IMG/VR virus record: IMGVR_UViG_3300031555_004942
Span: 53,110 to 117,109 of that record
Length of the DNA: 64,000 nucleotides
Source of the DNA: a virus
Taxonomy: Duplodnaviria; Caudoviricetes
Reading direction: 5' to 3' (one strand)
The translations under genes were made by a program, and so were the position numbers. Positions within the stretch are counted from its first letter, which is position 1; each line of letters begins with the position of its first letter. A model generated the notes under the pieces. It was not told the origin of the DNA and searched no databases. It was given only the letters and a program-made list of their open reading frames with translations. Of this stretch, positions 63,818 through 64,000 are shown one piece after another.

Positions 63818-64000
63818 ATGGCAAGACGAATTAATAAAGTAAAAGTTGATTTAGGCAGTTACCCATATTATGTTCTTATGGGTGTTCGAAAAGTAGGTAA
63901 GACAACTTTATTTAAAGAATTAGTAGATTATCTTTATCCAAATAATCCTGAAAAGGGGCTATTGATTTCATGTGGTGGTGAAGATGGTTATAAAGCTCTA
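63818..64000 (+). CDS. P-loop ATPase (AAA_24/Sak4-like), truncated by the window end
   Basis: GGAGG RBS; translation MARRINKVKVDLGSYPYYVLMGVRKVGKTTLF... with Walker A GxxxxGKT; E.GY.AL motif. Confidence 0.75.
   Translation, partial: MARRINKVKVDLGSYPYYVLMGVRKVGKTTLFKELVDYLYPNNPEKGLLISCGGEDGYKAL

Noticed and set aside
1-64000. Stop-codon reassignment, tRNA or rRNA genes
   Set aside because: Genes tile densely under the standard code, including a 21.5-kb ORF; intergenic gaps are short and show no cloverleaf or rRNA-like sequence

Overview
This is an AT-rich segment of a large tailed phage of a low-GC Firmicutes host (AGGAGG-type RBSs, sigmaA-type promoter, CHAP endolysin). All credible genes are on the + strand. 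Gene order is: accessory tail-fibre genes; small terminase candidate; large terminase with a class 3 mini-intein; portal; prohead protease/scaffold; decoration protein; major capsid; neck genes; major tail protein; an inserted cassette (beta-CASP RNase, ClpP, holins, RecU, tyrosine recombinase, CHAP endolysin); a 7,175-aa tape measure protein; tail-tip genes; a terminator; and then a sigmaA-driven replication/recombination operon. This order resembles SPbeta-like phages (inference). The main finding is that the 21.5-kb tape measure ORF is a multi-enzyme polyprotein. It reads, in order: DEDDh 3'-5' exonuclease, single-chain two-barrel RNA polymerase (beta-like ENDS and K-x7-R motifs, beta'-like RFP...NLDFDGD), PD-(D/E)XK nuclease, tape-measure core, circularly permuted NlpC/P60, VgrG3-like muramidase and SH3b. 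The second finding is a 77-bp composite element found three times in front of late gene blocks with identical geometry: an ATAAAA-N6-TTTTAT palindrome followed by two NrdR-type boxes 32 bp apart. All family calls come from motif recognition by eye; no database searches were run.
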